Source: Limnochordaceae bacterium (GTDB lineage: Bacteria; Bacillota; Limnochordia; Limnochordales; DUMU01). Taken from it: a stretch of DNA of 64,000 nt. The notes beneath the pieces were generated by a model. It did not search any database and was not told the DNA's origin. It saw only the letters and a list, made by a program, of their open reading frames with translations. A program made the translations under genes and the position numbers. Shown in pieces: positions 1 to 9,586 of the stretch. Where the stretch lies: the NCBI GenBank assembly GCA_014896305.1, contig JADBKQ010000006.1, positions 78,850 to 142,849 of the forward strand, read 5' to 3'. Within the stretch, counting starts at the first letter, position 1, and every line of letters starts with the position of its first letter.

Positions 1-2
1 TT

Positions 3-851
3 TACACGATGCCATTCAACAAGAGTCTGTACGTGACCGTGTACAACAAGACGCTCTACGACCAGAAAGGGTTGGGTGAGCCCCGGACCTGGAACGACTT
101 GCTGCGGGCGGCCCAGGCCACGACGGAGCGGCAGGGTGACACGGTGGCCCGTTACGGTTTCGGCATCCGACCTAATGTTGACACCTTTGCCCTCTTCTTC
201 TTGACCAATGGCGGCGACTGGCTCAGCGATGATCTGCGGACCGCCCAGTTTAACAGTGTCGCCGGGCAGCAGGCATTGCAGTTGCTCGTTGATATGGTGC
301 ACAAATGGAAGGTGGCCTACATTCTCAGCGGCTACCTGGACCAGGACTTTGGCGCCGGCAAGGTAGCCACCTATACCACCTCGTCTCCCGGGCTGACCTA
401 TGCGGAACAGGCGGTAGGCAACAAGTTTACGATGGCGGTGTGCGGGTTGCCGTACAACAAGACCCAGGCCACGCCGGTCGCCGGCACGGATCTGGCCATC
501 ATGGCCCAGGCCGATCCTCGTGAACAGGAGGCCGCCTGGGCCTTCATCAAGTGGCTGACGGCCGCTCCGCAGACGGCTCGCTGGAGTGCAGAGACCTCCT
601 ACCTGCCGGTCCGCACGTCGGCGATCGAGTCCCCTGCCTATCAGGAGTTCCTCAAGACGCATCCCAATGACCGGGTCGTGGTCGCTCAGCTGAAGTATGC
701 GGTGTCCGATCCGCCCATCGCCGAGTGGAACAAGATTCGTGGCTGGGTGTCGGACGCGACCGACGAGGCGCTGCAACAAAAGAAGACCCCCAAGCAGGCG
801 CTGGATGAGGCCGCCGCCAAGTCCAATGAATTGCTGGCTAAGAGGAAGTAG
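3..851 (+). CDS. ABC transporter extracellular solute-binding protein (family 1, sugar type), 5' end cut by window edge
   Basis: Reading frame is open from base 3. The translation looks like the C-terminal two-thirds of sugar SBPs (GDWLSDD, WAFIKWLTAAPQTARWSAETSYLPVR). MalF/MalG-type permeases follow downstream. Confidence 0.85.
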   Translation, partial: YTMPFNKSLYVTVYNKTLYDQKGLGEPRTWNDLLRAAQATTERQGDTVARYGFGIRPNVDTFALFFLTNGGDWLSDDLRTAQFNSVAGQQALQLLVDMVHKWKVAYILSGYLDQDFGAGKVATYTTSSPGLTYAEQAVGNKFTMAVCGLPYNKTQATPVAGTDLAIMAQADPREQEAAWAFIKWLTAAPQTARWSAETSYLPVRTSAIESPAYQEFLKTHPNDRVVVAQLKYAVSDPPIAEWNKIRGWVSDATDEALQQKKTPKQALDEAAAKSNELLAKRK

Positions 852-936
852 CGGCTGGGGGAAGGTGAGACGAGCGGGGAGAGGGTGGCGCGGGTTGCCC
901 TTTCCCCGCTTGCGCGAAGGGTGAGGGGGAACGACG

Positions 937-3390
937 ATGCGGTCGGGGCACGTTAACGGGCTGGTCATACTGGCTCTTGCGCTCGGGATGATCGGCGTCA
1001 CCGGCGGGCCAGGCGTCCACTGGGCTGCCGCGCAAGAGCCACCACAGCAGCAACAGCGACGCCAGCAGGAACAAGCACCAGAACGGCAGCAGCCACCGGC
1101 CGCGGCGAGTCTCGCCAACCAATGGGTCGTTTCGTCGCTGGCAGGCCGTTTGGCCACGGACCGGCAAGGGCCGGCGGGGCTGTCGGTCTATTTTGGGGAT
1201 TTGCACTCCCATACGGGGTATTCCGACGGGGTGGGGACACCGGCGGATGCGTACGCGTACGCTCGGCAACAGGGAGGCCTCGATTTCCTGGCGTTGACCG
1301 ACCACGGCTACATGGTGACCCCCACTCCGGCCCATTGGCTGGATACCTTAAAAGAGGCGGACCGGTTCACGGAACCGGGGAAGTTCGTCGCCCTGACCGG
1401 CGTGGAATGGACCAATAGCTCGGATGGCCACATCAACGTCTTTACCTCTCGCCAGGAGCACCCGGATCGGGACCAGCAACCCACCTATTTGTCGCTTTAC
1501 CAGTATGTGAAGGACCGGCCGGACACGTTTGCCGAGTTCAACCATCCCGGTTTCGACATCCAGCGCAACTGGGATGCGTTTGCGTATTACCCATGGGCGG
1601 ACGGAGCGGTGGTTACCCTTGAGGTCGCCAGCGGCCCGTATCCCCACAATCTCAAGTATGAATCCAGCTACCAGCTGGCTCTGGCCCGGGGCTGGCATGT
1701 GGCGGCGGTGGGAGTTTCCGACGTTCACCAGTGGGCGTGGGGTACGGCGACGCCGTCCCGGACCGGGGTGTGGGCGACCGCTCTCACTCGCCCGGCGCTG
1801 GTGGAGGCGATTCGGGCCCGGCGGACCTACGCCAGCGAAGATGCGAATGTACGGGTTTGGTTCAGCGCCGATGGTCAGCCGTTGGGATCCGTTTTGTCCC
1901 TGCCGTACGGAGATCCCCGCTCGACGACCATCTCCTTCGATGCTCAGATTTGGGACCCGGATGCACAGGACCGTGTGCGCCAAGTGGAGCTGGTGGACCA
2001 GAGCGGCCAGGTGGTCTGTGCCTGGCGGGCCGGTGAACAAGATTCCCCGGCGCTGCAGCAGGCGCAGGGCCTGGAGTTGCAGGCGACGGTACATCCGACT
2101 TCCTCCTATGCATACTGGTACCTCCGGGTGGAGCAGGCGGATGGGGATCGGGTGGTCACCTCCCCCATCTGGGCACAAGCTCCCGGCCCGGTATTCGCCC
2201 ACGATCTGGAGAGCGGGCCTGCTCCGATGAAGGCGACGCAGCCAGCCTGGGTGCAGGGTTCGTTGGTCAATCTGGGCTCGGCGGATGCCCAGGTTCGCGT
2301 GGAGCTGGTAAGGGCAGGCGGGGTCCAGGGGGCTGGTGAAGAGCTGTTGGCCGCGAGTCCAACACCCCTGTCGGTCAAGGGTCAGGAGTCCGTGCCCTTC
2401 CGGTTGGAGTGGACTCCTCGGCTCACAGACATGGGGCGGCAGGATCTCTGGGTGCGGGTTGCGACCGCAGCAGCCAGCGCCGATGGGGCGGCGGGGACGG
2501 CCGCTGCGAAGCAGGAGGGCTGGTATCCCCTGACGGTGCAGGTCTACCCGGCTACGTTGCCGGAGTTGTGGATCGACGAGGGACACAACAACCGCGGGAC
2601 CGGGCAGAGCGCCCCCCTGCAAAAGGCCCTTCTACAAGCCGGCTGGGATAGCCAGGTGCTCAGCGAGGGCTGGCAGGTGGAGGGTCCAGCCGCCTGGGAC
2701 AGGGCAGCGGCAGTCTGGGTGGGTTATCCGGAGAGTGGCTTCTCCCTCTTACCCACCACATTTAGCCAGGCGGAGATGGAAGCTGTGGCCCGCTATGTGC
2801 AGGGCGGGGGGGTCCTCATCCTGGCCGGTGGGGCGGGAGACGAGGACGGTCTAGCGGAGCTCGATCGCCTGGGACAGGCGGTGGGCGCGCACGGGCGACT
2901 GAGCGCTCTGCCTGGAGTTCAGAGTGCGGGGGCGCTGGCGGTGTGGTATCGGGTAGACTCCGCGGGCAGTCTGGAGGCCTCCCCGGGGCCGCAGCCCGGG
3001 ACAACCTCCGCTGAACAGCTGGTGGCAGTTGAAAAGGGGCTGCTGATGGCTGTGGACGCTAGCGTGGTACAACTGCCCCGGGCAGACGGGTCGCCGGAGG
3101 CAGCGGAGCCGCGAACGCAGGTGCTGGCCGTGACGGAGCACGATCAGGTGTATGCAGCGGCCGAGCCGGTGGGGCGGGGCTGGGTGATCTGGCTGGGATC
3201 GGCCGGTTGGCTGGGGCCGGAGCAGAGTGCCGGACAAGAACGGGGGACGGATAATCTGCGATTCATCAAGGCTCTGAGCCAATGGATCGAACGACAGCGG
3301 CAGCGACTGCAGGAGCGACCCCAACACCAGCCAGAAGCGCCACCGCAGCAGCAGGCGGTGGCGCATAGCCAGGGGGTGGATCGCGGATGA
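937..3390 (+). CDS. Secreted PHP-domain metallophosphoesterase-like protein with a large C-terminal extension (817 aa)
   Basis: RBS gaggggga lies upstream of the ATG. The N-terminus is signal-peptide-like (LVILALALGMIGV). PHP motifs are present: YFGDLHSHTGYSDG, FLALTDHG, GVEWT..GHINVF, EFNHPG. The C-terminal part resembles GATase1-like/DUF4350-type modules (GGGVLILAGG). The stop overlaps the next start (ATGA). Confidence 0.75.
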   Translation: MRSGHVNGLVILALALGMIGVTGGPGVHWAAAQEPPQQQQRRQQEQAPERQQPPAAASLANQWVVSSLAGRLATDRQGPAGLSVYFGDLHSHTGYSDGVGTPADAYAYARQQGGLDFLALTDHGYMVTPTPAHWLDTLKEADRFTEPGKFVALTGVEWTNSSDGHINVFTSRQEHPDRDQQPTYLSLYQYVKDRPDTFAEFNHPGFDIQRNWDAFAYYPWADGAVVTLEVASGPYPHNLKYESSYQLALARGWHVAAVGVSDVHQWAWGTATPSRTGVWATALTRPALVEAIRARRTYASEDANVRVWFSADGQPLGSVLSLPYGDPRSTTISFDAQIWDPDAQDRVRQVELVDQSGQVVCAWRAGEQDSPALQQAQGLELQATVHPTSSYAYWYLRVEQADGDRVVTSPIWAQAPGPVFAHDLESGPAPMKATQPAWVQGSLVNLGSADAQVRVELVRAGGVQGAGEELLAASPTPLSVKGQESVPFRLEWTPRLTDMGRQDLWVRVATAAASADGAAGTAAAKQEGWYPLTVQVYPATLPELWIDEGHNNRGTGQSAPLQKALLQAGWDSQVLSEGWQVEGPAAWDRAAAVWVGYPESGFSLLPTTFSQAEMEAVARYVQGGGVLILAGGAGDEDGLAELDRLGQAVGAHGRLSALPGVQSAGALAVWYRVDSAGSLEASPGPQPGTTSAEQLVAVEKGLLMAVDASVVQLPRADGSPEAAEPRTQVLAVTEHDQVYAAAEPVGRGWVIWLGSAGWLGPEQSAGQERGTDNLRFIKALSQWIERQRQRLQERPQHQPEAPPQQQAVAHSQGVDRG

Positions 3391-4280
3391 GGGGCCACTC
3401 TCGGCGCTACTGGCGGCAGACGGCCCTGGCGTATCTTTTTATCTTGCCTGCAGCTTTGATATTGCTGGTCTTTCACATTCTACCGATGTTTTTGTCGTTG
3501 GGCGTGAGCTTCCTGGACTGGAACCTGATCAGCCGGCCGGAATGGGTGGGCTTGCGCAACTATACGAACGCCTTCGCCAATCCGGAGTTTCGTCATGCGC
3601 TCTGGATGACGGTCTACTATGTGGGCACGTCGGTACCTCTGACCCTGGCCCTGGCGCTGGCTTTGGCGGTGGCTTTCCAGAGCAGGCTGCGGGGAACAGG
3701 GCTATATCGGACCGCATACTTCATTCCGTACGTGACGGCAGCGAACGCCGCCGCCATCGTTTGGTTTTACATTTTCTATCCCCAGTCAGGGGGTCTGCTC
3801 AACGAAGCGTTGCACGCCATCCACCTGCCTCGCCTGCAGTGGCTGGAAGATCCGCGGTGGGCTATGCCGGCTGTGGTCATCTACAGCCTGTGGAAGTATG
3901 TCGGCTACGACGCCGTCATCTATTTGGCCGGGCTGCAGAACATCCCGCGGGAGTATTACGAAGCGGCGGCGATGGACGGGGCAACCGGCTGGACCGCGTT
4001 TCGCTATATCACCTGGCCGTTGGTCTCCCCGACCACGTACTTTTTGCTCATCATCTCCATCATCTCCTCGTTTCAGGTCTTTTCGCCCGTCTACATCATG
4101 ACGCCCGATGGCGGCCCGCTCAAGTCTACGACGGTGGTGGTCTACTACTTGTACCAGCAAGCCTTCAACTACTTTGACTTTGGATATGCATCCGCGCTGG
4201 CCTATATCCTGTTCGTGGTGCTCTTTGTCCTCACCTTGGTCCAGCGCCGGCTTGTGGGTAAGCGGGTGATATACGAATGA
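3387..4280 (+). CDS. Carbohydrate ABC transporter permease (MalF/UgpA type)
   Basis: Six-TM permease translation with EAA-loop-like region (EAAAMDGATGWTAFRYITWPL). ATGA coupling to the upstream gene. Confidence 0.9.
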   Translation: MRGHSRRYWRQTALAYLFILPAALILLVFHILPMFLSLGVSFLDWNLISRPEWVGLRNYTNAFANPEFRHALWMTVYYVGTSVPLTLALALALAVAFQSRLRGTGLYRTAYFIPYVTAANAAAIVWFYIFYPQSGGLLNEALHAIHLPRLQWLEDPRWAMPAVVIYSLWKYVGYDAVIYLAGLQNIPREYYEAAAMDGATGWTAFRYITWPLVSPTTYFLLIISIISSFQVFSPVYIMTPDGGPLKSTTVVVYYLYQQAFNYFDFGYASALAYILFVVLFVLTLVQRRLVGKRVIYE

Positions 4281-5167
4281 AGAGGATGGGGATGAACCCG
4301 AGCGGATCGGCCGCCTTCGGCCTGGCTCGACCGGGGCTCGTGGTCAACCGGCGCGCCCGCTGGACGGTTCCACTGTTGCATCTGGTATTGTTGGCAGGGG
4401 CAGCGGCCATGGTGCTCCCCTTTATATGGATGGTGCTCACCTCGTTCAAGCGGCCGGATGAAGTGTTTACGGTTCCGCTCAGCCTCTGGCCGCGGCACTG
4501 GGTCTGGTCAAACTATCCGGAAGCCTGGGCATCGGCGCCGTTCACCCGATACTTCCTGAATACGGTCTTCACCACGACGGCAACGACCCTGGGGCAGTTG
4601 GTGACCGGCATTCTGGCGGCGTACGCCTTTGCCCGCATGGAGTTTTGGGGGAGAGAGGTCATCTTTACGCTCTTCCTGGGGACGATGATGATCCCCGATA
4701 CGGTGGCTACCATCCCTAACTACCTGGTCATCAGCAAATTGGGATGGCTCGACACCTACCAGGCCTTGATCGTGCCCTGGACGGTCTCGGTCTTTGGTAT
4801 CTTCCTGCTCAGGCAGTTTTTCCTGACGATTCCCAAAGAACTGGAGGAGGCTGCGCTGATCGACGGGGCCTCCCGATTGACGTTTTTGTGGCGAGTGATG
4901 TTACCCCTGGCCCGCCCGGCTGTGCTGACGGTCACCTTGTTTAGCGTGGTGGGCGGCTGGAACAGCTTCTTTTGGCCCCTCATCGTCACCAACTCGGACG
5001 AGATGCGGACGGTGCAGGTGGGGGTGTCGGCCTTCTTCCAGGAGTATGGGACACAGCCTAACCTGGCCATGGCGGCCTCTACAGTGGCCGTGATTCCTGT
5101 GATCATCCTGTTTTTGTTCATCCAGCGGCAATTTGTGGAGGGGATTGCCCGGACTGGGATCCGGTGA
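4277..5167 (+). CDS. Carbohydrate ABC transporter permease (MalG/UgpE type)
   Basis: EAA loop EEAALIDGASRLTFLWRVMLPLARP. ATGA overlap with the preceding permease. The start could be a few codons downstream. Confidence 0.9.
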   Translation: MKRMGMNPSGSAAFGLARPGLVVNRRARWTVPLLHLVLLAGAAAMVLPFIWMVLTSFKRPDEVFTVPLSLWPRHWVWSNYPEAWASAPFTRYFLNTVFTTTATTLGQLVTGILAAYAFARMEFWGREVIFTLFLGTMMIPDTVATIPNYLVISKLGWLDTYQALIVPWTVSVFGIFLLRQFFLTIPKELEEAALIDGASRLTFLWRVMLPLARPAVLTVTLFSVVGGWNSFFWPLIVTNSDEMRTVQVGVSAFFQEYGTQPNLAMAASTVAVIPVIILFLFIQRQFVEGIARTGIR

Positions 5168-5525
5168 TAGAGACGCACAGAGCCGCAGAACGAGGCCAGT
5201 GAGGCGATCCCCGCACGGCGGGCCGTGCGCTTGGCGGCTGCGGGCTGTGGGCGGTGGATTTTCGCCCGGATGACCTGGATGACAATGTAACCGGACGGGA
5301 GAGTTTGCGGGGCAGGGGGATAGCTAGATGGAGCAGGGCCACGGACAAGATCAAGACAAGCAGGCGCGGACAGGCAGCGAGCCATCGGCGGGTGGTTGGC
5401 CGGGCAGGCGGATCGGGAGTGAACCGGACACGGGGCCTGGCTATGAGTCGGACCCGGGAAGAGGGGACGAACTGGGCCGCCGGGCAGGTAGCGAGCTGGG
5501 GAAGGGAGTGGCTGACATCGAGAGG

Positions 5526-6638
5526 ATGGGTGAGGTCGATATATACGAGTGGCCGTACACCCGTGTACAGACCCCCCGGGGGATGCGCGACCTCTTGCCG
5601 GACCAGGTGAAACGGCGTCGAGCCCTGGAGGCGGCGCTGCGAGAGGTTTTTGCCGAGGCAGGCTACCAGGAAGTGGAGACCCCCCTCCTCGAATACGCCG
5701 ACGTGGTGGCGGCCGGGAATCTACGGGCGGATGAGGCATCCGGCGCCACTACCGGAAGCTTCGACGTCTACCGGCTGTTTGATCCCGAACGAGAATCGCT
5801 GGTCTTGCGCCCGGACATGACCACCCCCATCGCCCGGCTGGCTGCCACTCGCCTGGCTCGCTGGCCGCGGCCGTTGCGCTTGTACTACCTGGCGGATGTC
5901 TTCCGTTTTGAAGAGGTTCACGCGGGGCGGTTGCGGCAGTTTCGCCAGGCAGGGGTGGAGCGGATCGGCGAAGAGGCCGACGCCAGGACGGGCGGGGCGG
6001 CGGAGTCCCGGCGGGATGCCGCCGATGCCGAGATTGTCGCTTTGGCCGTCCGCTTGTTGACCGCCGCAGGCTTACAGCGGTTTCGCATTGACATCGGCCA
6101 CGTCGGTCTGGTGCACGCCTTGCTGGACGCGGGGGGCTGGCAGCCCCGCCATCGCCGGGCCCTGCGGCAGGCCTTGATGGAGCGGAATCAGGTGGCTTTG
6201 CAGGCGGTACTGGCGGAAGCCGGGACGGAGAACGTATCGGCGGCCCAGCAGGCGGCACGCTGGCAATTGGTGGAGTTGCCGCAGTGGTGTGCTTCGGCGG
6301 AAATCCCTGCCCCTGCCGAGCGGGCACTCTCCGCCCTGCGGCTGCCGGCCGTCGACCGGGCCCTGCAGGAGTTGCACACCCTGCTACAGTGCGTAGCTGC
6401 GGCCAAGGTTCCGCTGGAGCGGGTGGGAATCGATTTGGGCCTCGTTCGCGACCTGAACTATTACACTGGCCCGGTGCTGGAGGGGTTCAGCCCCGACCTG
6501 GCGCTGCCACTGCTGACCGGTGGGCGCTACGATCACCTGGTAGAGCAGTTTGCTCCCCGGCCCGAGCCGGCGACGGGATTTGCGGTGGGATTGGATCGGT
6601 TGGAATTGGCGCTCGACCGGCAGGCAAACAGCAGGTAA
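5526..6638 (+). CDS. hisZ: ATP phosphoribosyltransferase regulatory subunit HisZ (HisRS paralogue)
   Basis: GMRDLLPDQV...AGYQEVETPLLEY...LRPDMTTPIARL is the class-II aaRS-like HisZ pattern. The ATG at 5526 gives a normal N-terminus. The ORF is open from 5328, but that extension is low complexity. Confidence 0.85.
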   Translation: MGEVDIYEWPYTRVQTPRGMRDLLPDQVKRRRALEAALREVFAEAGYQEVETPLLEYADVVAAGNLRADEASGATTGSFDVYRLFDPERESLVLRPDMTTPIARLAATRLARWPRPLRLYYLADVFRFEEVHAGRLRQFRQAGVERIGEEADARTGGAAESRRDAADAEIVALAVRLLTAAGLQRFRIDIGHVGLVHALLDAGGWQPRHRRALRQALMERNQVALQAVLAEAGTENVSAAQQAARWQLVELPQWCASAEIPAPAERALSALRLPAVDRALQELHTLLQCVAAAKVPLERVGIDLGLVRDLNYYTGPVLEGFSPDLALPLLTGGRYDHLVEQFAPRPEPATGFAVGLDRLELALDRQANSR

Positions 6639-6733
6639 TTGGCGTCGGATGGCGAGAAGGCGGCGTTGCCCTGGGCTGACCTGCACGGCCCGAACGAGGT
6701 CCCTGGTTGACTGTCCTTGCCTGCTATGGTAGC

Positions 6734-7585
6734 ATGGCGACAACCTTGCGAGGGGGCGGTCCGTTGCCGGCGTTGAGTATCGCGTTGCCCAAGGGACGGG
6801 TGCTGGAGAGCGCCGTCGAACTGCTCGAGCGGGCGGGTGTGGGCCCGCTCGATGGGCTTTTGCATTCCCGGCGGCTGATTTGGGACTTGCCGGCCGGTGC
6901 GGGAGGAACCCCTGGTTACGTTTTTCGCTTTGTACTGGCCAAGCCGTGGGATGTACCGACTTACGTGGAATATGGGGCAGCCGTGCTGGGACTAGCCGGC
7001 AAGGACGTTTTGGTGGAGCGGGAAAAGCCCGTGGCCGAGCTGATGGATCTGGGGGTGGGCCGTTGCCGGATGGTATTGGCCGTTCCTGCAGGCTCCCCGG
7101 TACGATCGTTGGAGGACATTCACTTTCCCTGGCGCGTCGCGACGAAATACCCTCATGTGGCCACCCGGTTTTGCCAACGCTGGGGCGTGCAAGCGGAGAT
7201 CATTAACCTGCAAGGCTCGATCGAAGTCGCACCCTTGGTGGGCCTGGCCGATGCGATCGTGGACATTACGGAAACCGGCACGACCTTGCGGGAGAATGGG
7301 TTACGGGTCATCGCAGAGGTCCTGCCTGTTTCGACTCGTTTGATTGCCAACCCAGTGCTTCATAAAGTTCATCGAGAGGCTGTAGAGCAACTGTCGGCGC
7401 AACTGCGGCAGGTGGTGCAGGTGGTTGACCCGAATGCCGGTCATGCGGCCGGGGGAATCACGACGTGGAGCAGGGGGGAAGCAGATGCGGGTCATTCGGT
7501 TGGCGGAACTGGGGGAGCGGCCGGAACGGGAGATTCGTCGCCTGGTGCGGCGGGACACCTGGCGGGAGTGGGGAGAGAACGCTGA
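6734..7585 (+). CDS. hisG: ATP phosphoribosyltransferase, short form HisG
   Basis: LSIALPKGRVLESAVELLERAG, DVPTYVEYGAA, DAIVDITETGTTLRENGL. The stop is late: about 50 aa of Gly/Ala-rich tail, and the gene overlaps hisD by 101 nt. Confidence 0.9.
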   Translation: MATTLRGGGPLPALSIALPKGRVLESAVELLERAGVGPLDGLLHSRRLIWDLPAGAGGTPGYVFRFVLAKPWDVPTYVEYGAAVLGLAGKDVLVEREKPVAELMDLGVGRCRMVLAVPAGSPVRSLEDIHFPWRVATKYPHVATRFCQRWGVQAEIINLQGSIEVAPLVGLADAIVDITETGTTLRENGLRVIAEVLPVSTRLIANPVLHKVHREAVEQLSAQLRQVVQVVDPNAGHAAGGITTWSRGEADAGHSVGGTGGAAGTGDSSPGAAGHLAGVGRER

Positions 7586-8960
7586 CGCCCAGGTATTGGC
7601 CCGGCTGAACCAGATTTTCGGACACCCTATCACGGTACGGGATGCTGTGCGCCAGATCGTGGCCGATGTGGCGGAGCGAGGCACGGAGGCCGTGCTGGAG
7701 TGGACCCGGCGCATCGACGGGGTGGAACTGGCCGCAGAGGACCTGTGGCTGGGGCCGAACGATTTCGAGCGAGCTCTGGCTTCCTTGAACGATACCATTC
7801 GCTCCGACCTGGAACTGGCAGCAGAGCGCATCCGGCGTTTTCACCGGGCGCAGATGCCCCGTTCCTTCTTTTTACAGGATGATACCGGCAATCTTCTGGG
7901 CCAGCGTTTCTTGCCGTTGGAACGGGTAGGTGCCTATGTGCCGGCGGGTCGAGCCCCACTGGTCTCCACGTTGCTCATGACCGTCGTGCCGGCCCGGGTG
8001 GCTGGCGTGGAAGAAGTGATCGTCGCTTCACCGCCCGGCCCGGGGGGCAGCATCCACCCGGCGATTTTGGCAGCGGCGCGCCTGGCGGGAGCGAGCGGTC
8101 TATTGCGGGCCGGCGGAGCGCAGGCCATCGCGGCCCTCGCCTTTGGTACGGACCAATCTCCGGCAGTGGACAAGATCGTTGGCCCGGGCAACATCTTCGT
8201 CACCCTGGCCAAGCAGATGGTGTTCGGTCAGGTCGGCATCGACATGCTGGCGGGCCCAAGCGAGGTGGCCGTGGTGGCTACCCAGGGCAAGCCCGAGTGG
8301 CTGGCCGCCGACCTGCTCTCCCAGGCAGAGCACGACCCGGATGCGGCGGTGATCTTGATAACGACCGACGGGAAGCTGGCGCAGGCCGTTCAGGAGCAGA
8401 TCGAGGCAGAGCGGGTACAGCTGCCGCGCCGGGAGATTGTTGCCCGTTCCCTGGAGCGGCACGGGTTCATCATCGAGGTACGGGATCTCGAAGAGGCGGC
8501 CATGGTGGTCAACGCGATCGGCCCGGAGCACCTGGAACTGCAGGTAGCCGAGCCGTGGGCGTTGCTCAGCCAGATCCGTCATGCGGGAGCGGTCTTCCTG
8601 GGGCCGTTTTCTTCTGAACCCGTCGGCGACTACCTGGCCGGCCCCAACCATGTACTGCCCACGGGCGGTACAGCCCGCTTCTCGTCCATGCTGGGCGTCG
8701 ACGACTTTCTGCGGCGCAGTTCAGTGTTGCAGATGAGCGAAGAGGGACTGCTGGACGTGGGGAGCGCAGCAGTACGGTTGGCCCGCCTGGAGGGGCTGGA
8801 GGCGCACGCCCGTTCCATTGAACGGCGGCTGGACGCCAGCGGGGACGGGGAGAGCCGCTCTGCCGAGGATGGGGGCGGCGGGCGGAGGAGGAGAAACGAT
8901 GGGCCGGCAGGCACGAGTCGAGCGGAAAACCGCGGAGACGGATATCACCGTCGAACTTGA
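7485..8960 (+). CDS. hisD: Histidinol dehydrogenase
   Basis: RBS ggggggaag precedes the ATG at 7485. Motifs include VPAGRAPLVSTLLMTVVPA..AGV, IVGPGNIFV, SQAEHDPDA and GDYLAGPNHVLPTGG. Confidence 0.9.
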   Translation: MRVIRLAELGERPEREIRRLVRRDTWREWGENADAQVLARLNQIFGHPITVRDAVRQIVADVAERGTEAVLEWTRRIDGVELAAEDLWLGPNDFERALASLNDTIRSDLELAAERIRRFHRAQMPRSFFLQDDTGNLLGQRFLPLERVGAYVPAGRAPLVSTLLMTVVPARVAGVEEVIVASPPGPGGSIHPAILAAARLAGASGLLRAGGAQAIAALAFGTDQSPAVDKIVGPGNIFVTLAKQMVFGQVGIDMLAGPSEVAVVATQGKPEWLAADLLSQAEHDPDAAVILITTDGKLAQAVQEQIEAERVQLPRREIVARSLERHGFIIEVRDLEEAAMVVNAIGPEHLELQVAEPWALLSQIRHAGAVFLGPFSSEPVGDYLAGPNHVLPTGGTARFSSMLGVDDFLRRSSVLQMSEEGLLDVGSAAVRLARLEGLEAHARSIERRLDASGDGESRSAEDGGGGRRRRNDGPAGTSRAENRGDGYHRRT

Positions 8961-9522
8961 CCTGGATGGGGTGGGCACGAGCCAGGTGCGGACCGGCATC
9001 GGCTTTTTCGATCACATGCTGGATGCCCTGGCCCGGCACAGCCTATTCAACCTCAAAGTCGAGGCGACCGGCGATCTCCAGGTGGACGGCCACCATCTCG
9101 TGGAGGATACGGCGATCTGTTTGGGACGGGCCCTGGAAGGGGCGCTGGGAGCAAAGGGGGGACTGGTCCGGTTTGGATGGGCGGCCGTGCCGATGGATGA
9201 CGCCTTTGTCTTGGCGGCCGTTGACTTGAGCGGCCGGCCGTACTTCGGCTGGGACGTGCCGCTGACCACCCCCCAGGTGGGGCAGCTGGATACGCAGTTG
9301 GTGGCGGAGTTTTTCCGTACGTTTAGCTGGGCGGGGCACTTCAACTTGCATGTTCGCAAGCTGGCGGGGAGCAATGACCACCATATCATCGAGGCGGCCT
9401 TCAAGGCGGTAGCCAGGGCGTTGAGCCAGGCGGTGGCGGTGGATGAACGTTTGGGCGGGCGGGTGCCTTCGACCAAAGGGATGCTGGGGGAGAACTTACC
9501 GGATGGCGACGGAGCGAAATAG
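8899..9522 (+). CDS. hisB: Imidazoleglycerol-phosphate dehydratase
   Basis: RBS ggaggaggag precedes the ATG at 8899. Motifs include RKTAETDITVELDLDG, FFDHMLDALARH, DGHHLVEDTAI and NDHHIIEAAFKA. Confidence 0.92.
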   Translation: MGRQARVERKTAETDITVELDLDGVGTSQVRTGIGFFDHMLDALARHSLFNLKVEATGDLQVDGHHLVEDTAICLGRALEGALGAKGGLVRFGWAAVPMDDAFVLAAVDLSGRPYFGWDVPLTTPQVGQLDTQLVAEFFRTFSWAGHFNLHVRKLAGSNDHHIIEAAFKAVARALSQAVAVDERLGGRVPSTKGMLGENLPDGDGAK

Positions 9523-9586
9523 GGATGCAGCCTTTAGGGAAAGCACCGGCGGGGCATGAGCACAGGCAAGGTAGAGGCGTAGTGGG

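Noticed and set aside
937-3390. The PHP-domain protein might be the missing histidinol-phosphate phosphatase (HisJ type) of the neighbouring his operon, which has monofunctional HisB and no hisN or hisC.
   Set aside because: It has a signal peptide. At 817 aa it is about three times the size of HisJ. It is also translationally coupled to ABC permease genes rather than to the his genes.
5390-5404. A T-box-like string, gggtggttggccggg, in the region upstream of hisZ.
   Set aside because: It differs from GGGTGGTACCGCG at several invariant positions. No Stem I elements and no terminator hairpin or T-run accompany it.
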